From Candidatus Lloydbacteria bacterium RIFCSPHIGHO2_02_FULL_50_18 (lineage in GTDB: Bacteria > Patescibacteriota > Minisyncoccia > Phycocordibacterales > UBA6899): DNA of 64,000 nucleotides. Positions 1 to 9,833 of this stretch are shown here, piece after piece. The stretch lies in assembly GCA_001821395.1 (NCBI GenBank), contig MHLM01000006.1, forward strand, positions 9,733 to 73,732. Direction: 5' to 3'. The stretch's first letter is position 1, and the number at the start of each line of letters is the position of its first letter. The position numbers were made by a program, and so were the translations under genes. Under the pieces are notes generated by a model. That model was not told the origin of the DNA and did no database searches. It saw only the letters and a list, made by a program, of their open reading frames with translations.

Positions 1-2264
1 TCCCATATTTTACTTAAAACCGAGTAGTCCGCAGCATAGGCATCTCGTTTCTCGTCGGTATTTAAACAATCCTGAGCTAGCAAAAGGCCTTCATAGCCCA
101 CCACAGATCGGTCGATGCCATGAAAATGACCGAGGCAAGTATTAACTGCTCCCTGAAGCTCATTTTTTAACTCGTTGAGATTTGTGATTACATACCGAAC
201 ACTGGCATCGTCAAACTCGAGAGCTTTTGCAACATCATCGAATACGCCAAAATAATCCACGACTAATCCGTATGCCTTATCTTTATATACACGATTAGTG
301 CGGCAAATGGCCTGTAGAAGGTTGTGATCTTTTAGCGCCTTGTCGAGATACATACACTGGAGAATCGGCGCATCAAACCCTGTAAGTAATTTAGCAGTAA
401 CGATCAAAAACTTAAGAGGATGCTCAGGATCCCGGAAGTTGTCGAGAAGTTTTTCCTGGTCTTCCTTGCTCATCTCATACTTCTGCTTAAGCATGGTGTC
501 TGTTTCGCCCTTGCCGCCCGTTGAGATGACCACCGCACTTGCTTCCGGAGGTAAAATCTTATCAAGTTCTTGCTTATAGAGGTCACAGGCGTATCTGTCA
601 GGAGTTACGATTTGGGCCTTAAAGCCCTGCGAATCAATTTTTTCTTGAAAATGTTTTACAACATCTTTAACGATTGTCTCAATGCGAGCAGGAGATTTAA
701 GAAAAGCAGACATCTTTGCCGCTTCCTTTACCAAGCTCGTTCGATCGTCTTCTGAAAGATGTTCTGTCATCTGGTCGAATTCAGCATCAATCAAGTCTCT
801 GTCAACGTGAACATTCAATAGGCGCGGTTCGAAGTGCAGAGGGAGTGTTGCCTTGTCGCGAATTGAATCCTGAAAAGTATATCGGGTCATGTAACCCTGA
901 TCATCTTCTTCGGCACCAAATGCCCAGAACGTGTTTCTTTCTGTTTTGTTGATAGGGGTACCAGTCAGACCAAATAGGAATGCGTTCGGCAGGGCATCGC
1001 GCATTTTACGACCAAGATCACCCTCTTGTGTGCGATGAGCCTCATCTACCAAGACAATGATGTTTTCTCGTTCATTAAGCACGCCTCCAGCCTCAGCAAA
1101 TTTAAAAATGGTAGTTATAATAATCTTTCTCGTATCCTTGTTTAAGAGATCGTGGAGTTCTGATCGTTTATCTGTTGACACAACATTTGGTATCTCTGTT
1201 GCGTTGAAAGTTCCTGTAATTTGAGTATCCAAATCGACTCGATCAACCACAACGAGAACGGTGGGGCTTTTTAATTCTTGAGATCGACGGAGCTTCTGCG
1301 CTGCAAATACCATCAATAGTGACTTACCAGATCCTTGAAAATGCCAAATGAGTCCCTTCTTCGGCCTACCCGCCTTTACGCGCTCAATGATCAGGTTTGC
1401 GCCCTCCATCTGTTGGTAGCGGGCTATTATTTTTATCCGCTGCTTTCGCTTGTCTGTCGCAAAGAGCGTGAAGTTTTGAAGCAAGTCCAAAACAACTCCT
1501 GGATCAAGTGCTCCGGAAATCGCTTGTTTAATTTCAGAAAGACCCGCAATGGCACCTTTTGAGTCACGCCAAGGCCCCCACAACTCGAGCGGCATACGAA
1601 TTGAGCCGTAACGGAATGTTTTACCCTCGGTTGCAAACGAAAACACATTTGGAACAAATAGTTGCGGGATTGTATTTTCGTAATCGTCGTGAATATCGAT
1701 CGCGCCGTCGAGCCAAGAAATAGAGGGGCGCACGGGTGTCTTAAATTCTCCCACGACGAGCGGAATTCCATTAACCAACATCACCAAATCGGGACGTTTC
1801 TCAGCCTTGCCTTGAACGGTGTACTGATTTGTGACAATGTATGTATTTTTCCCCAAGCTATCGAAATCAATAAAACTGATCGAAACGTGCTCATTATTTT
1901 CGCCAAACGGCATTGTCTTGTCACCACGGAGCCACGCAGAAAATTCTTCGTTCGCTCTAACGAGACCGGATGTTCCGACCGAGAGAAAGATCGCTCGTAT
2001 TTTATATAAAACTTCGTCGGCTTTATTGGGGTCAGCTGCAATATCCGGATTAAGACGAATCAGAGCGTCTTTTAATAGCGACTCAACGATTGCATCTTTG
2101 GCTTCGCGCTTGAGTTGAGAGGAGGGAACGTATTGCCACTTCAAACCAGGGTGAAAAGCACTATCTGGGGCAAGATAGTTTGAATCCTGCATAAGCTCCG
2201 GGCTTATGCCGGTAAGTTCGTTCAAGATAAAGTGTTCGGTTGTATTTATTTCGTTAAATTTCAT
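1..2264 (-). CDS. hsdR: Type I restriction endonuclease R subunit HsdR (partial; C-terminus lies beyond window start)
   Basis: Manual minus-strand translation from ATG at 2264 (ATGA overlap with hsdS stop) stays open to nt 1. N-terminus MKFNEINTTEHFILNELTG. Helicase motifs WHFQGSGKS (Walker A), IVLVDEAHRTQ (DEAH), GLTGTP, QAICRTNR (motif VI). Frame checked at several points. Missing from the supplied ORF track only because no stop codon falls inside the window. Confidence 0.8.
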   Translation of the reverse strand, partial: MKFNEINTTEHFILNELTGISPELMQDSNYLAPDSAFHPGLKWQYVPSSQLKREAKDAIVESLLKDALIRLNPDIAADPNKADEVLYKIRAIFLSVGTSGLVRANEEFSAWLRGDKTMPFGENNEHVSISFIDFDSLGKNTYIVTNQYTVQGKAEKRPDLVMLVNGIPLVVGEFKTPVRPSISWLDGAIDIHDDYENTIPQLFVPNVFSFATEGKTFRYGSIRMPLELWGPWRDSKGAIAGLSEIKQAISGALDPGVVLDLLQNFTLFATDKRKQRIKIIARYQQMEGANLIIERVKAGRPKKGLIWHFQGSGKSLLMVFAAQKLRRSQELKSPTVLVVVDRVDLDTQITGTFNATEIPNVVSTDKRSELHDLLNKDTRKIIITTIFKFAEAGGVLNERENIIVLVDEAHRTQEGDLGRKMRDALPNAFLFGLTGTPINKTERNTFWAFGAEEDDQGYMTRYTFQDSIRDKATLPLHFEPRLLNVHVDRDLIDAEFDQMTEHLSEDDRTSLVKEAAKMSAFLKSPARIETIVKDVVKHFQEKIDSQGFKAQIVTPDRYACDLYKQELDKILPPEASAVVISTGGKGETDTMLKQKYEMSKEDQEKLLDNFRDPEHPLKFLIVTAKLLTGFDAPILQCMYLDKALKDHNLLQAICRTNRVYKDKAYGLVVDYFGVFDDVAKALEFDDASVRYVITNLNELKNELQGAVNTCLGHFHGIDRSVVGYEGLLLAQDCLNTDEKRDAYAADYSVLSKIW

Positions 2265-3406
2265 GTAATTACTTGAGTGAGGATTGCGTTTCGCATCGCC
2301 CTCGTTAGTTCGATAGAATTTTGCAACTGCTTCTTGATCTCCGTAAGTTGAGCAAGGTTCCTGAGAATATCTTTTTGCTTCTCGAGAGTAGGAACATAGA
2401 TTTTATACTCGGAAACAATCTTATGAGATATGCGAGGCATCTTTGTCCCAAACCCCAGGGAAACAGCATAGTGAATGAAACCATCAGAGTGTAGGTGGTG
2501 GAGAACGTATTCAATGTCTATATCAGGCGTTGCATCATACACAAGCAATTCCGTTGTACAGACTCCATCAAATGATGGAATAACAGCCTTATCCAAATTG
2601 GGGCGTAGCTTGCTATAGAGCAATTGCCCGCTTTTGAAGACGTTGCAAGAGGACTGTGATTGTTGAGCGTCGCCATAAGCATCTACATTAAACGACCCTG
2701 GTTCAATATGCTCCAAACCTAAGTATTTCTCAAGTTTGTGTGGCGGAGCACTCTTCATCTTTGAAAGTTTTAAACATTCGCCTAGTTTTTTCCTGTCTAG
2801 TTTATTCTTAGTGAGTTCAGCAAAAATTGTCTTGAGTGTCAAATTTATTTTGTCCGCCGCGATTCTGTATTTCTCTTCCAATTGATCTGACGCTATCAAA
2901 AGACCCAGTATTTTCTTCTGTACCTGACGGGGTGGCAGAAGAAATTTCTGTTGCGCAAGAATTTTCCATTTAATGGTCGGTGAAAGTGAGCCTTCAGAGA
3001 TATCTATCGCCCGATTCATAAATGCGTCAGAATGCATAAAGAATGGAAGAAAATCTGGTTCAATATGGGATGAATCTGCGCGGACGACCATCGCATGTGC
3101 GGAGCAAATTCCATCAAACTCTGCTATGGAGGCTTTTCTCTGGTATGCACGCCGTTTCCCAAAGATTATGTCCCCTTTATATACACGAAGCTTGACGCCT
3201 TTTACATCAGACGGCACGCCGAATCGACGGATGTGAATAGAGTCGGAATCTAGATGTTCAAGACCAACATAAATATCGGCATCGGAACTGTTCGGGTCAA
3301 CCCTTTCAGAGATATTCTTCGCTATATCACCAAACTTAGCCAACTCCCAATCGGAGCGGTTATGTTTAACGAAAATATTTTCAGCTTGTTTATTAAGAGT
3401 TTTCAT
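2261..3406 (-). CDS. hsdS: Type I R-M specificity subunit HsdS (two TRD halves)
   Basis: 381-aa ORF between hsdM and hsdR. 14-nt overlap with hsdM and 4-nt ATGA overlap with hsdR. Two variable halves, each followed by a helical conserved spacer (..SDQLEEKYRIAADKINLTLKTIFAEL.. and ..LEKQKDILRNLAQLTEIKKQLQNSIELTRAM..). Confidence 0.75.
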   Translation of the reverse strand: MKTLNKQAENIFVKHNRSDWELAKFGDIAKNISERVDPNSSDADIYVGLEHLDSDSIHIRRFGVPSDVKGVKLRVYKGDIIFGKRRAYQRKASIAEFDGICSAHAMVVRADSSHIEPDFLPFFMHSDAFMNRAIDISEGSLSPTIKWKILAQQKFLLPPRQVQKKILGLLIASDQLEEKYRIAADKINLTLKTIFAELTKNKLDRKKLGECLKLSKMKSAPPHKLEKYLGLEHIEPGSFNVDAYGDAQQSQSSCNVFKSGQLLYSKLRPNLDKAVIPSFDGVCTTELLVYDATPDIDIEYVLHHLHSDGFIHYAVSLGFGTKMPRISHKIVSEYKIYVPTLEKQKDILRNLAQLTEIKKQLQNSIELTRAMRNAILTQVIT

Positions 3407-4880
3407 ATGTTTTTTTGTCTAACATCTCTAAGAGAGATCGGGATCCCCTTTTTAGGTCAGAACTATTCTGAGACCATTCCTCTACTACCACTCGGAGTCC
3501 TTTTTCTTTAATACCATTCCCTTGAGTAGATATGTAGAGCGGAATATTAAGATTTGCGTTATTGTTGAGGATATTTTGATTGTCGATCACTTTCGTAAAA
3601 TTTGGTATATCAATAAATTCCTTAAATGCTGCATGAATTCTTTCAACATGTGGATCTTCAAGAAAAGAAAAAGCATTCTGCCGCGTTACTTCTTTAACAG
3701 CATTTATAAAAAGTACTCTACCTTTTCGTTCTTTAGGTTTGTCCCAACGGCAAACCAACAAGCAGGCCTCCATGGGTGAGTTGTAAAATAGATTTGGGCC
3801 CAAACCGATGACTGCTTCGATTACGTCATCCTTTAGCATTTTTTCTCTGAACTCCCGCTCAGAATCACGAAAGAGAACCCCGTGAGGCCAAAGGACAATG
3901 CTCCGGCCGTTTTTCTTGTCTAGGCTTTTGAGAATATGCTGCTCAAAAGCATAGTCTGCACATCCTTGTGGAGGGGTGCCGTAAATGTTTCTCCCGTAAG
4001 GATCATTCGTCCACGCATCTCGATTCCACCTCTTAACTGAATACGGCGGGTTCGCAAGGATGACGTCGAAGGTTTTAAGTTTGTCGTCCTCCAAAAACTT
4101 TGGGCTAGACAATGTGTCTCCACGCTCAATATGAAAGTCCTCGATTCCATGAAGAAACATGTTCATTCGCGCGATGGAGGATGTCATCAGATTCAACTCT
4201 TGCCCATAGAGCTTAAGCGTTCGGTATTCTTTACTCTGGTCCTTAAGTTGGTTTACGCAGTTCAGTAATAACCCACCAGAACCACAAGTTGGATCGTATA
4301 CGCTCTCACCTGGCTGGGGGTTCATTATCAAGCTCATTAAACGAACGACCGTACGATTGGTGTAGAACTCAGCAGCTGTATGCCCACTATCATCTGCAAA
4401 CTTCTTGATAAGGAATTCATATGCATTACCAAGTTCGTCATTGGGAACATTGGCAATGCTTAGGTCTTGTTCAGAAAAATGTTCGAGTAGGTCTATTAGA
4501 ATCTCGTCAGATAGACGACTCTTGTTTGTCCAAGAGGCGTCGCCAAAAATACCGAATAAACGATCCTCGTTCGTCTTTTCAATTTTGCGGAGCGCCTTCT
4601 GTAGGGCATCCCCCACATTAACCGTCACCTGTCGAACATCATTCCAGTGTGCCCCTTTGGGAATTTGGAATCTATGATTTTCATCAAATTTTGCATATTC
4701 TTTGTCGCCCCCCGATTCATTGAGTGCCCGCTCGTATTCTTCTTTGTAGACATCACAGATGCGCTTATAAAATAATAAGGGGAAAATATATTGCTTGTAG
4801 TCTCCAGCATCAATGACACCACGAAGAAGTGTCGCCGCTCCCCAAAGATATCTTTCCAGTTCTTGTTTTTTAATAGCCAT
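3393..4880 (-). CDS. hsdM: Type I R-M N6-adenine DNA methyltransferase HsdM (copy 1, NPPY type)
   Basis: 495 aa. HsdM N-domain FPLLFYKRICD. AdoMet motif VYDPTCGSGGLLL. Catalytic motif ANPPYS. Confidence 0.9.
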   Translation of the reverse strand: MAIKKQELERYLWGAATLLRGVIDAGDYKQYIFPLLFYKRICDVYKEEYERALNESGGDKEYAKFDENHRFQIPKGAHWNDVRQVTVNVGDALQKALRKIEKTNEDRLFGIFGDASWTNKSRLSDEILIDLLEHFSEQDLSIANVPNDELGNAYEFLIKKFADDSGHTAAEFYTNRTVVRLMSLIMNPQPGESVYDPTCGSGGLLLNCVNQLKDQSKEYRTLKLYGQELNLMTSSIARMNMFLHGIEDFHIERGDTLSSPKFLEDDKLKTFDVILANPPYSVKRWNRDAWTNDPYGRNIYGTPPQGCADYAFEQHILKSLDKKNGRSIVLWPHGVLFRDSEREFREKMLKDDVIEAVIGLGPNLFYNSPMEACLLVCRWDKPKERKGRVLFINAVKEVTRQNAFSFLEDPHVERIHAAFKEFIDIPNFTKVIDNQNILNNNANLNIPLYISTQGNGIKEKGLRVVVEEWSQNSSDLKRGSRSLLEMLDKKTYENS

Positions 4881-4881
4881 A

Positions 4882-6369
4882 CTATTTTGATATCAGAGAA
4901 AACCCATCTAAGAGTCTTTTGAGTTCTGTCTCAGCCTCCCATACCTCCTCGAGAGAATTCTTCAACTCTTTCGTGGCCTCTTCTACTGACGGGAGTGTCT
5001 TACCTGAAATCTTTTCAATATAAAGAGAAATATTTAGGCTCCAATCATTTGCCGCAATGTCTTTGAGGGTTGCCACCACGGCGTGGTCTTTAACACCCTT
5101 GAACGCAGAGTACCAGTCGAAAATCTGATCAACATGCCTCTGCTCAAGATAATTTTGAGCACGATCCACGCGCACCTGGTCTGATGCGTCTATAAACAAA
5201 ACCTTACCTTCTTTGTTGTCAGGCTTATTAGCACGAAATACTAAAATGCATGCGGCAACTGTTGCTCCATAGAAGATATTAGGCCCAAGTCCTATCACTG
5301 CTTCAAGCGCATCTGTCTCTATTATTTTCTTTCTTATTTGTCCTTCTCGACCCTTGCGAAATAGTGCGCCATGAGGAAGAACCACGGCTATGCGTCCGCG
5401 AGGATAAGACATGGATTTGATCATGTGTTGCACCCACGCGTAATCTCCATAACCAGCTGGTGGTACCCCTGCAAAATTTCTACCGTATGGGTCCTGAATC
5501 CAAAGGTCATCACCCCACTTCTTTAGGGAGAAGGGTGGATTAGCAATAACGCAATCAAAGGTCGAAAGTTGATCGCCTTCATAGTATGCGGGACTTCGTA
5601 ATGTATCTCCACGCTGAATTTGGAAGTCCTGAACATCGTGGAGGAACATGTTCATGCGAGCAATGGATGAAGTGGTGAGGTTTTTTTCCTGTCCAAATAT
5701 TTTTAGAGTGCGGGCGTCCTTACCATGAGAGCGTAGGTGCTCAACACAATTGAGTAGCATGCCTCCCGTACCACAGGCTGGGTCATATACAGTCTCACCT
5801 TCTTTTGGATCAATTATACGGCCCATGAGCTGAACAACTGTTCTCGGTGTATAAAACTCCCCCGCTTTCTTGTTTGTTAAATCAGCAAACTTTTTTATGA
5901 GGTATTCGTATGCCTGACCGAGCATGTCGAGGTCGACCGTTCCGTTTGCCAGCTTGTATTCAGAAAAATGTTCAATAAGTTCCACCAATAAGCTGTCGGG
6001 CAACTTCTCCTTGTTGGTCCATTGTGCATCTCCAAAGATCCCATACAGAAAATCAGGATTGGCTTTTTCAATTTCACGAAATGCATACTGAAGCTTTGCT
6101 CCAACATTCTTTGTGGTGGCGCGCACATCTGCCCAATGACATCCATCAGGAATTATAAATCTATGGAATTCTGGCAAAACTGCGTAACCCTCATCGCCCT
6201 TAGATTCTTCTAATAGCTTTTTATATTCATCATCATAAACATCTGAAAGTCGTTTAAAAAACAGGAGTGGAAAAACATATACCTTAAAATCAGCAGCATC
6301 AACTGGCCCCTTGAGTATCCATGCGGCTTGAGCGAGATGTTGTTCGAGTTGTGGGAGTGTCAATTTCAT
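4882..6369 (-). CDS. hsdM: Second divergent HsdM paralogue (copy 2, NPPF type)
   Basis: 495 aa, colinear with copy 1. Shared blocks GIFGDAxWTNK, EYLIKKFAD, VYDPACGTGGMLL, SSIARMNMFLH, ANPPFS, LPHGALFR, EAVIGLGPNIFY. Roughly half the residues are identical by eye. 1-nt gap to copy 1. Confidence 0.9.
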   Translation of the reverse strand: MKLTLPQLEQHLAQAAWILKGPVDAADFKVYVFPLLFFKRLSDVYDDEYKKLLEESKGDEGYAVLPEFHRFIIPDGCHWADVRATTKNVGAKLQYAFREIEKANPDFLYGIFGDAQWTNKEKLPDSLLVELIEHFSEYKLANGTVDLDMLGQAYEYLIKKFADLTNKKAGEFYTPRTVVQLMGRIIDPKEGETVYDPACGTGGMLLNCVEHLRSHGKDARTLKIFGQEKNLTTSSIARMNMFLHDVQDFQIQRGDTLRSPAYYEGDQLSTFDCVIANPPFSLKKWGDDLWIQDPYGRNFAGVPPAGYGDYAWVQHMIKSMSYPRGRIAVVLPHGALFRKGREGQIRKKIIETDALEAVIGLGPNIFYGATVAACILVFRANKPDNKEGKVLFIDASDQVRVDRAQNYLEQRHVDQIFDWYSAFKGVKDHAVVATLKDIAANDWSLNISLYIEKISGKTLPSVEEATKELKNSLEEVWEAETELKRLLDGFSLISK

Positions 6370-6599
6370 TTTGGTGACGATGTCAGCTTTTCAACGGTAG
6401 TCCCCAGAGCTGTGGCAATTTTTACCATCGTTGCCACTCGGGGATCAGGAGTGAGTCCGCTCTCAATCTTCGCAATGGTGTGATAATCAAGGCCGGTTTT
6501 CGTAACCAGCTTGCTCTTAGACAATCGCTTTTCATTTCTAATTTTTCTCAAGTTTCCTGCGATATTTGAGAATTTTTTTGGGTGAGATTTCTTTTTCAT
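6366..6599 (-). CDS. XRE-family helix-turn-helix transcriptional regulator (first gene of the R-M operon; C-protein-like position)
   Basis: 77 aa. HTH_3 signature ..LSKSKLVTKTGLDYHTIAKIESG... 4-nt overlap with downstream hsdM copy 2. Divergent from the recombinase gene. Confidence 0.7.
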   Translation of the reverse strand: MKKKSHPKKFSNIAGNLRKIRNEKRLSKSKLVTKTGLDYHTIAKIESGLTPDPRVATMVKIATALGTTVEKLTSSPK

Positions 6600-6756
6600 A
6601 CGACAACCTTGCTTAGCATAATTATACCAAATTTATTGAGTTTTTGCTGCAATAAAAAGTGGATAAAAATAGGGCTATTTGAGGGATGGTTACCAACAGC
6701 TTACCAACTGACCCTCCCTGGACTCCCTGGGAGGGTTGCGTCATCAATTGGTGTGT

Positions 6757-8112
6757 ATGAAAAATACAAACCCGCTAGAGGGCTCTGACGAGCCGAAAAT
6801 TAAGTACTGTTTATACGCTAGAAAATCGAGCGAATCGGACGAGCAGCAAGCCCTTTCGATCGACTCCCAAGCCAAGGAGATGCTCCAGCTGGCGCAACGA
6901 GAGGGGCTTGATGTGGTCGACATCAAGCGCGAGTCGCACTCCGCAAAAAGCACCGGGCAACGCCCGGTCTTCAATGAGCTGATCAGCGACCTCAAGGAGG
7001 GCAAGTTTAATGCCATTCTCGCATGGCATCCGGATCGCTTAAGCAGAAATGCAGGCGACCTCGGTGCTATCGTCGACCTGATGGACGAGCACCGACTTAT
7101 CGAAGTGAGAACCTTTGGTCAAAAGTTTACAAATAGTCCAAGCGAGAAGTTTCTACTCATGATTCTATGCTCGCAAGCAAAGCTTGAGAACGACAACAAG
7201 GGCGTGAACGTGAAGCGGGGGCTACGAGCAAAAGTTGAGATGGGACTATGGCCATGCGTTGCACCGACCGGATACATCAACGACCGCATGCCTGGGCGTG
7301 CAGGATATGTGCTCGTCGACCCGGTGCGTGCTCCGATTATCAAGCAAATATTTGAAAAGGTCGGCAATGACCGATGGAGCGCTAGGACGGTTTATAAATG
7401 GATGGTCAAAGAAGGAAAGTTCAATAGCGTGAGAAAAGGAAATAAGGCACTCACCCTGAGCACAATCTATCGACTTCTGCATCAGCCTTTCTATTCGGGA
7501 ACATTCGAGTACCCCACCGGGAGCGGTAACTGGTACAAAGGTCAACATGAGCCACTCGTTTCCAAGGAACTCTTCGAGAAGGTGCAGCAAAAAATAGCGG
7601 AGGAGTTGAAGTCAAAGAAACAATATCAAGAATTCACCTTCACGAACCTTATGCTCTGCGGATACTGTGGGTCAGGTATTACCGCACAATCAAAAGACAA
7701 AAATCTCAAAGATGGGAGCGTCAAAAGTTACACCTACTACAACTGCACGCACAACAAGGATCACTTCTGCAAAAACCCGTTCATTCGCGAAGAAGAACTT
7801 CTCAAACAGATCGATGAGATCTTCGACAAGATCGATATCGACGAACTTGGAACACGGCATATCATTGAAAGAGAGGTTGCGCGATACAACAACATTCGGG
7901 CAAAACTCCTCGGCGCAAAAGAAAATGACAAAGCACTCGACGTCGACGTGCGAAACTATGCCAAGTACATGCTCAAAGAAGGCACGATGCTCGAAAAACG
8001 CGAACTCCTAGGGTGCCTAAAAAATAGAATTATTCTGAAGGATAAAACGATAACGCTTGAAAAAAGTTTGCAAATTAATGACTTAACGCCACAAACACAG
8101 ATAGCACGCTGA
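6757..8112 (+). CDS. Large serine recombinase (resolvase/invertase catalytic domain + recombinase domain + zinc-ribbon)
   Basis: Catalytic region KYCLYARKSSESDEQQALSIDSQ (Ser nucleophile context). Later AWHPDRLSRN. Cys cluster CGYCGS...YNCTHN. The track ORF starts at 6736; ATG 6757 (MKNTNP..) is more likely. Confidence 0.85.
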   Translation: MKNTNPLEGSDEPKIKYCLYARKSSESDEQQALSIDSQAKEMLQLAQREGLDVVDIKRESHSAKSTGQRPVFNELISDLKEGKFNAILAWHPDRLSRNAGDLGAIVDLMDEHRLIEVRTFGQKFTNSPSEKFLLMILCSQAKLENDNKGVNVKRGLRAKVEMGLWPCVAPTGYINDRMPGRAGYVLVDPVRAPIIKQIFEKVGNDRWSARTVYKWMVKEGKFNSVRKGNKALTLSTIYRLLHQPFYSGTFEYPTGSGNWYKGQHEPLVSKELFEKVQQKIAEELKSKKQYQEFTFTNLMLCGYCGSGITAQSKDKNLKDGSVKSYTYYNCTHNKDHFCKNPFIREEELLKQIDEIFDKIDIDELGTRHIIEREVARYNNIRAKLLGAKENDKALDVDVRNYAKYMLKEGTMLEKRELLGCLKNRIILKDKTITLEKSLQINDLTPQTQIAR

Positions 8113-8440
8113 GGATGACGAGTATCTTCACCCCACCTCCATACACAATCCAAGTAAATAATTTTTTTGCAGCAAGCATAACTATTCCGAGCACCAGAAT
8201 GGAAACTCCAACGCCCGTGAGTGGGTCGTGCAATCCTTTCATAGGAGCATGAGTCCAAACAAAAAATATACCTACGACAACCATAAGCCGCGCAATTATG
8301 TTAAACCAGCTTATGGAATCTTCGTGGCCAAAAGGAGCACCTCCTATGCCAACTTTCTTAGCAAAGAAGACACGAGTTACTGCTCCGGCAACACTTGCGA
8401 TAACACGAATTACTAACTGTTGGAAAAAACTCCCATCCAT
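8075..8440 (-). CDS. Small polytopic membrane protein (about 4 TM helices), last gene of the Ubl operon; candidate effector
   Basis: 121 aa. Hydrophobic segments LVIRVIASVAGAVTRVFFA, IIARLMVVVGIFFVW, GVGVSILVLGIVMLAA, VKILVILSVLSVFVALS. Start 1 nt after the JAB-E1 stop codon. Confidence 0.5.
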   Translation of the reverse strand: MDGSFFQQLVIRVIASVAGAVTRVFFAKKVGIGGAPFGHEDSISWFNIIARLMVVVGIFFVWTHAPMKGLHDPLTGVGVSILVLGIVMLAAKKLFTWIVYGGGVKILVILSVLSVFVALSH

Positions 8441-8441
8441 A

Positions 8442-9833
8442 CTATTTTAAGTTCTCATCAAAAACTTGATAACTATCATCATTTGAGTCTCCTTTTCCGG
8501 TAAATTCTGAGAATGGGCAATTTGGCAAGCAGTCTTCACCGAGTTTTCTTTCCAGCTCCCCGGTAACAAAATGGTATAGATTTTCACCGTGATGACTTAT
8601 GCCGTTGGGTTTTACTACAAGTGCCAACATCTGTAGCACCATCATTGAGGCGAGGTGCATGCTAAAAGCAAAAACGTTTTGATTGTTCAAGTGATGGCGC
8701 AAACCGTCAACGGTGTTTATGTACTCCGAATCATCCAGCAGACCTTTGCGTTCAAGAGACACTTCAGCAAAGGTGTACTGCCCAATGCACGAGAGACATT
8801 TATTACCCGGGGTTGCAGTGTGCGCACGCCAATCCGCTGAGCGCAACAAATCCTCCTTGGTGTGCACTCGAATACCACCATCAACGACTGGAATCAGGTG
8901 TGTATAAGCAATGTAATTAAGAACGTGGCGCGCCCACGGCCTATCAACGCAACTGAACAGGAGGTCACAATTTAGTGCACCTCGGTATCCCTCAGCTCCA
9001 GTTACATGAACTGGTAATCGTGTGACGAAAAAGTTGTCGGCAGTTGCGTGTTCAATAAGTCTTTTTGCAATTACATCCGTCTTCAATTCACCAACATCTT
9101 TTATCGTCGCATGCATAAGTCGATCGAGGTTGTGTTTCTTTACTACGTCAAAATCGATAAGCGAAATATGCTGAACTCCAGTTCTAGCAAGTGCCTCAGC
9201 AATAGCACTTCCGACACTTCCCGTGCCGACTATTCCTATGTGTAAACGAGATAATTCGTCTTGCTTATCTTGACCCCATGAAGAAATTGTACGTTTCAGT
9301 TCTTCTCTAAAACCCTGCGGCTTAAGCAGCGCGTCACAATAGGTGATAGAAAGGCCCATTTGACCTATAGTGCGAACACTCTCGCACCATGATGGAGCAT
9401 ATTCCCGAACCCCGGTTCTATTCCAAAAACGAGCACTCCACGCACCATCTGTGCCTATAGTTAGTCCAAGGAGGGGTCGTTCTGTTATTCCAAAGGTTGC
9501 CGCAGCGTGCGATAACTCCGCCCGAACATCGGTCCTGCTCATATTCTGCCATCCAGGAAACGGGTGGCTATGCATAAAAGCAAGGCCCATATCTCGGGCG
9601 GATGCTATTTGTAGTGCTCTCTGAAAATACTCGGGAGAAAAACTCGCGTTGCCATGCACTTCCCGCTCTCCGTCTTCAGGAAGAATCGGTTCAACCAAGA
9701 GTGCTGTCAGTCTTTCTCCTCCGCTGCTCGGCTGCCACAAAGCAAAACATAAGTCTTCCTGCCCATCCTTACGCACAAGATGAGAAAAGAGTTTCTGGTT
9801 TACCTCGGTTGTCATCGCTACGCTGTATCTCAT
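8442..9833 (-). CDS. JAB/MPN metallopeptidase fused to E1-like ThiF/MoeB adenylyltransferase
   Basis: N-terminal JAMM motif AFMHSHPFPGWQNMSRTD (HxH..S..D). C-terminal Rossmann/E1 motif GIVGTGSVGSAIAEALARTGVQHISLIDFDVVKKHNLDRL and Cys-containing CLSCIGQ. 4-nt overlap with the upstream gene. Confidence 0.8.
   Translation of the reverse strand: MRYSVAMTTEVNQKLFSHLVRKDGQEDLCFALWQPSSGGERLTALLVEPILPEDGEREVHGNASFSPEYFQRALQIASARDMGLAFMHSHPFPGWQNMSRTDVRAELSHAAATFGITERPLLGLTIGTDGAWSARFWNRTGVREYAPSWCESVRTIGQMGLSITYCDALLKPQGFREELKRTISSWGQDKQDELSRLHIGIVGTGSVGSAIAEALARTGVQHISLIDFDVVKKHNLDRLMHATIKDVGELKTDVIAKRLIEHATADNFFVTRLPVHVTGAEGYRGALNCDLLFSCVDRPWARHVLNYIAYTHLIPVVDGGIRVHTKEDLLRSADWRAHTATPGNKCLSCIGQYTFAEVSLERKGLLDDSEYINTVDGLRHHLNNQNVFAFSMHLASMMVLQMLALVVKPNGISHHGENLYHFVTGELERKLGEDCLPNCPFSEFTGKGDSNDDSYQVFDENLK

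Noticed and set aside
340-2118. Eight short + strand ORFs (61-115 aa) and two short minus-strand ORFs listed by the track in the first 2.2 kb
   Set aside because: All lie inside or antisense to the continuous hsdR reading frame (minus strand, frame verified at helicase motifs). They are low-complexity and have no RBS.
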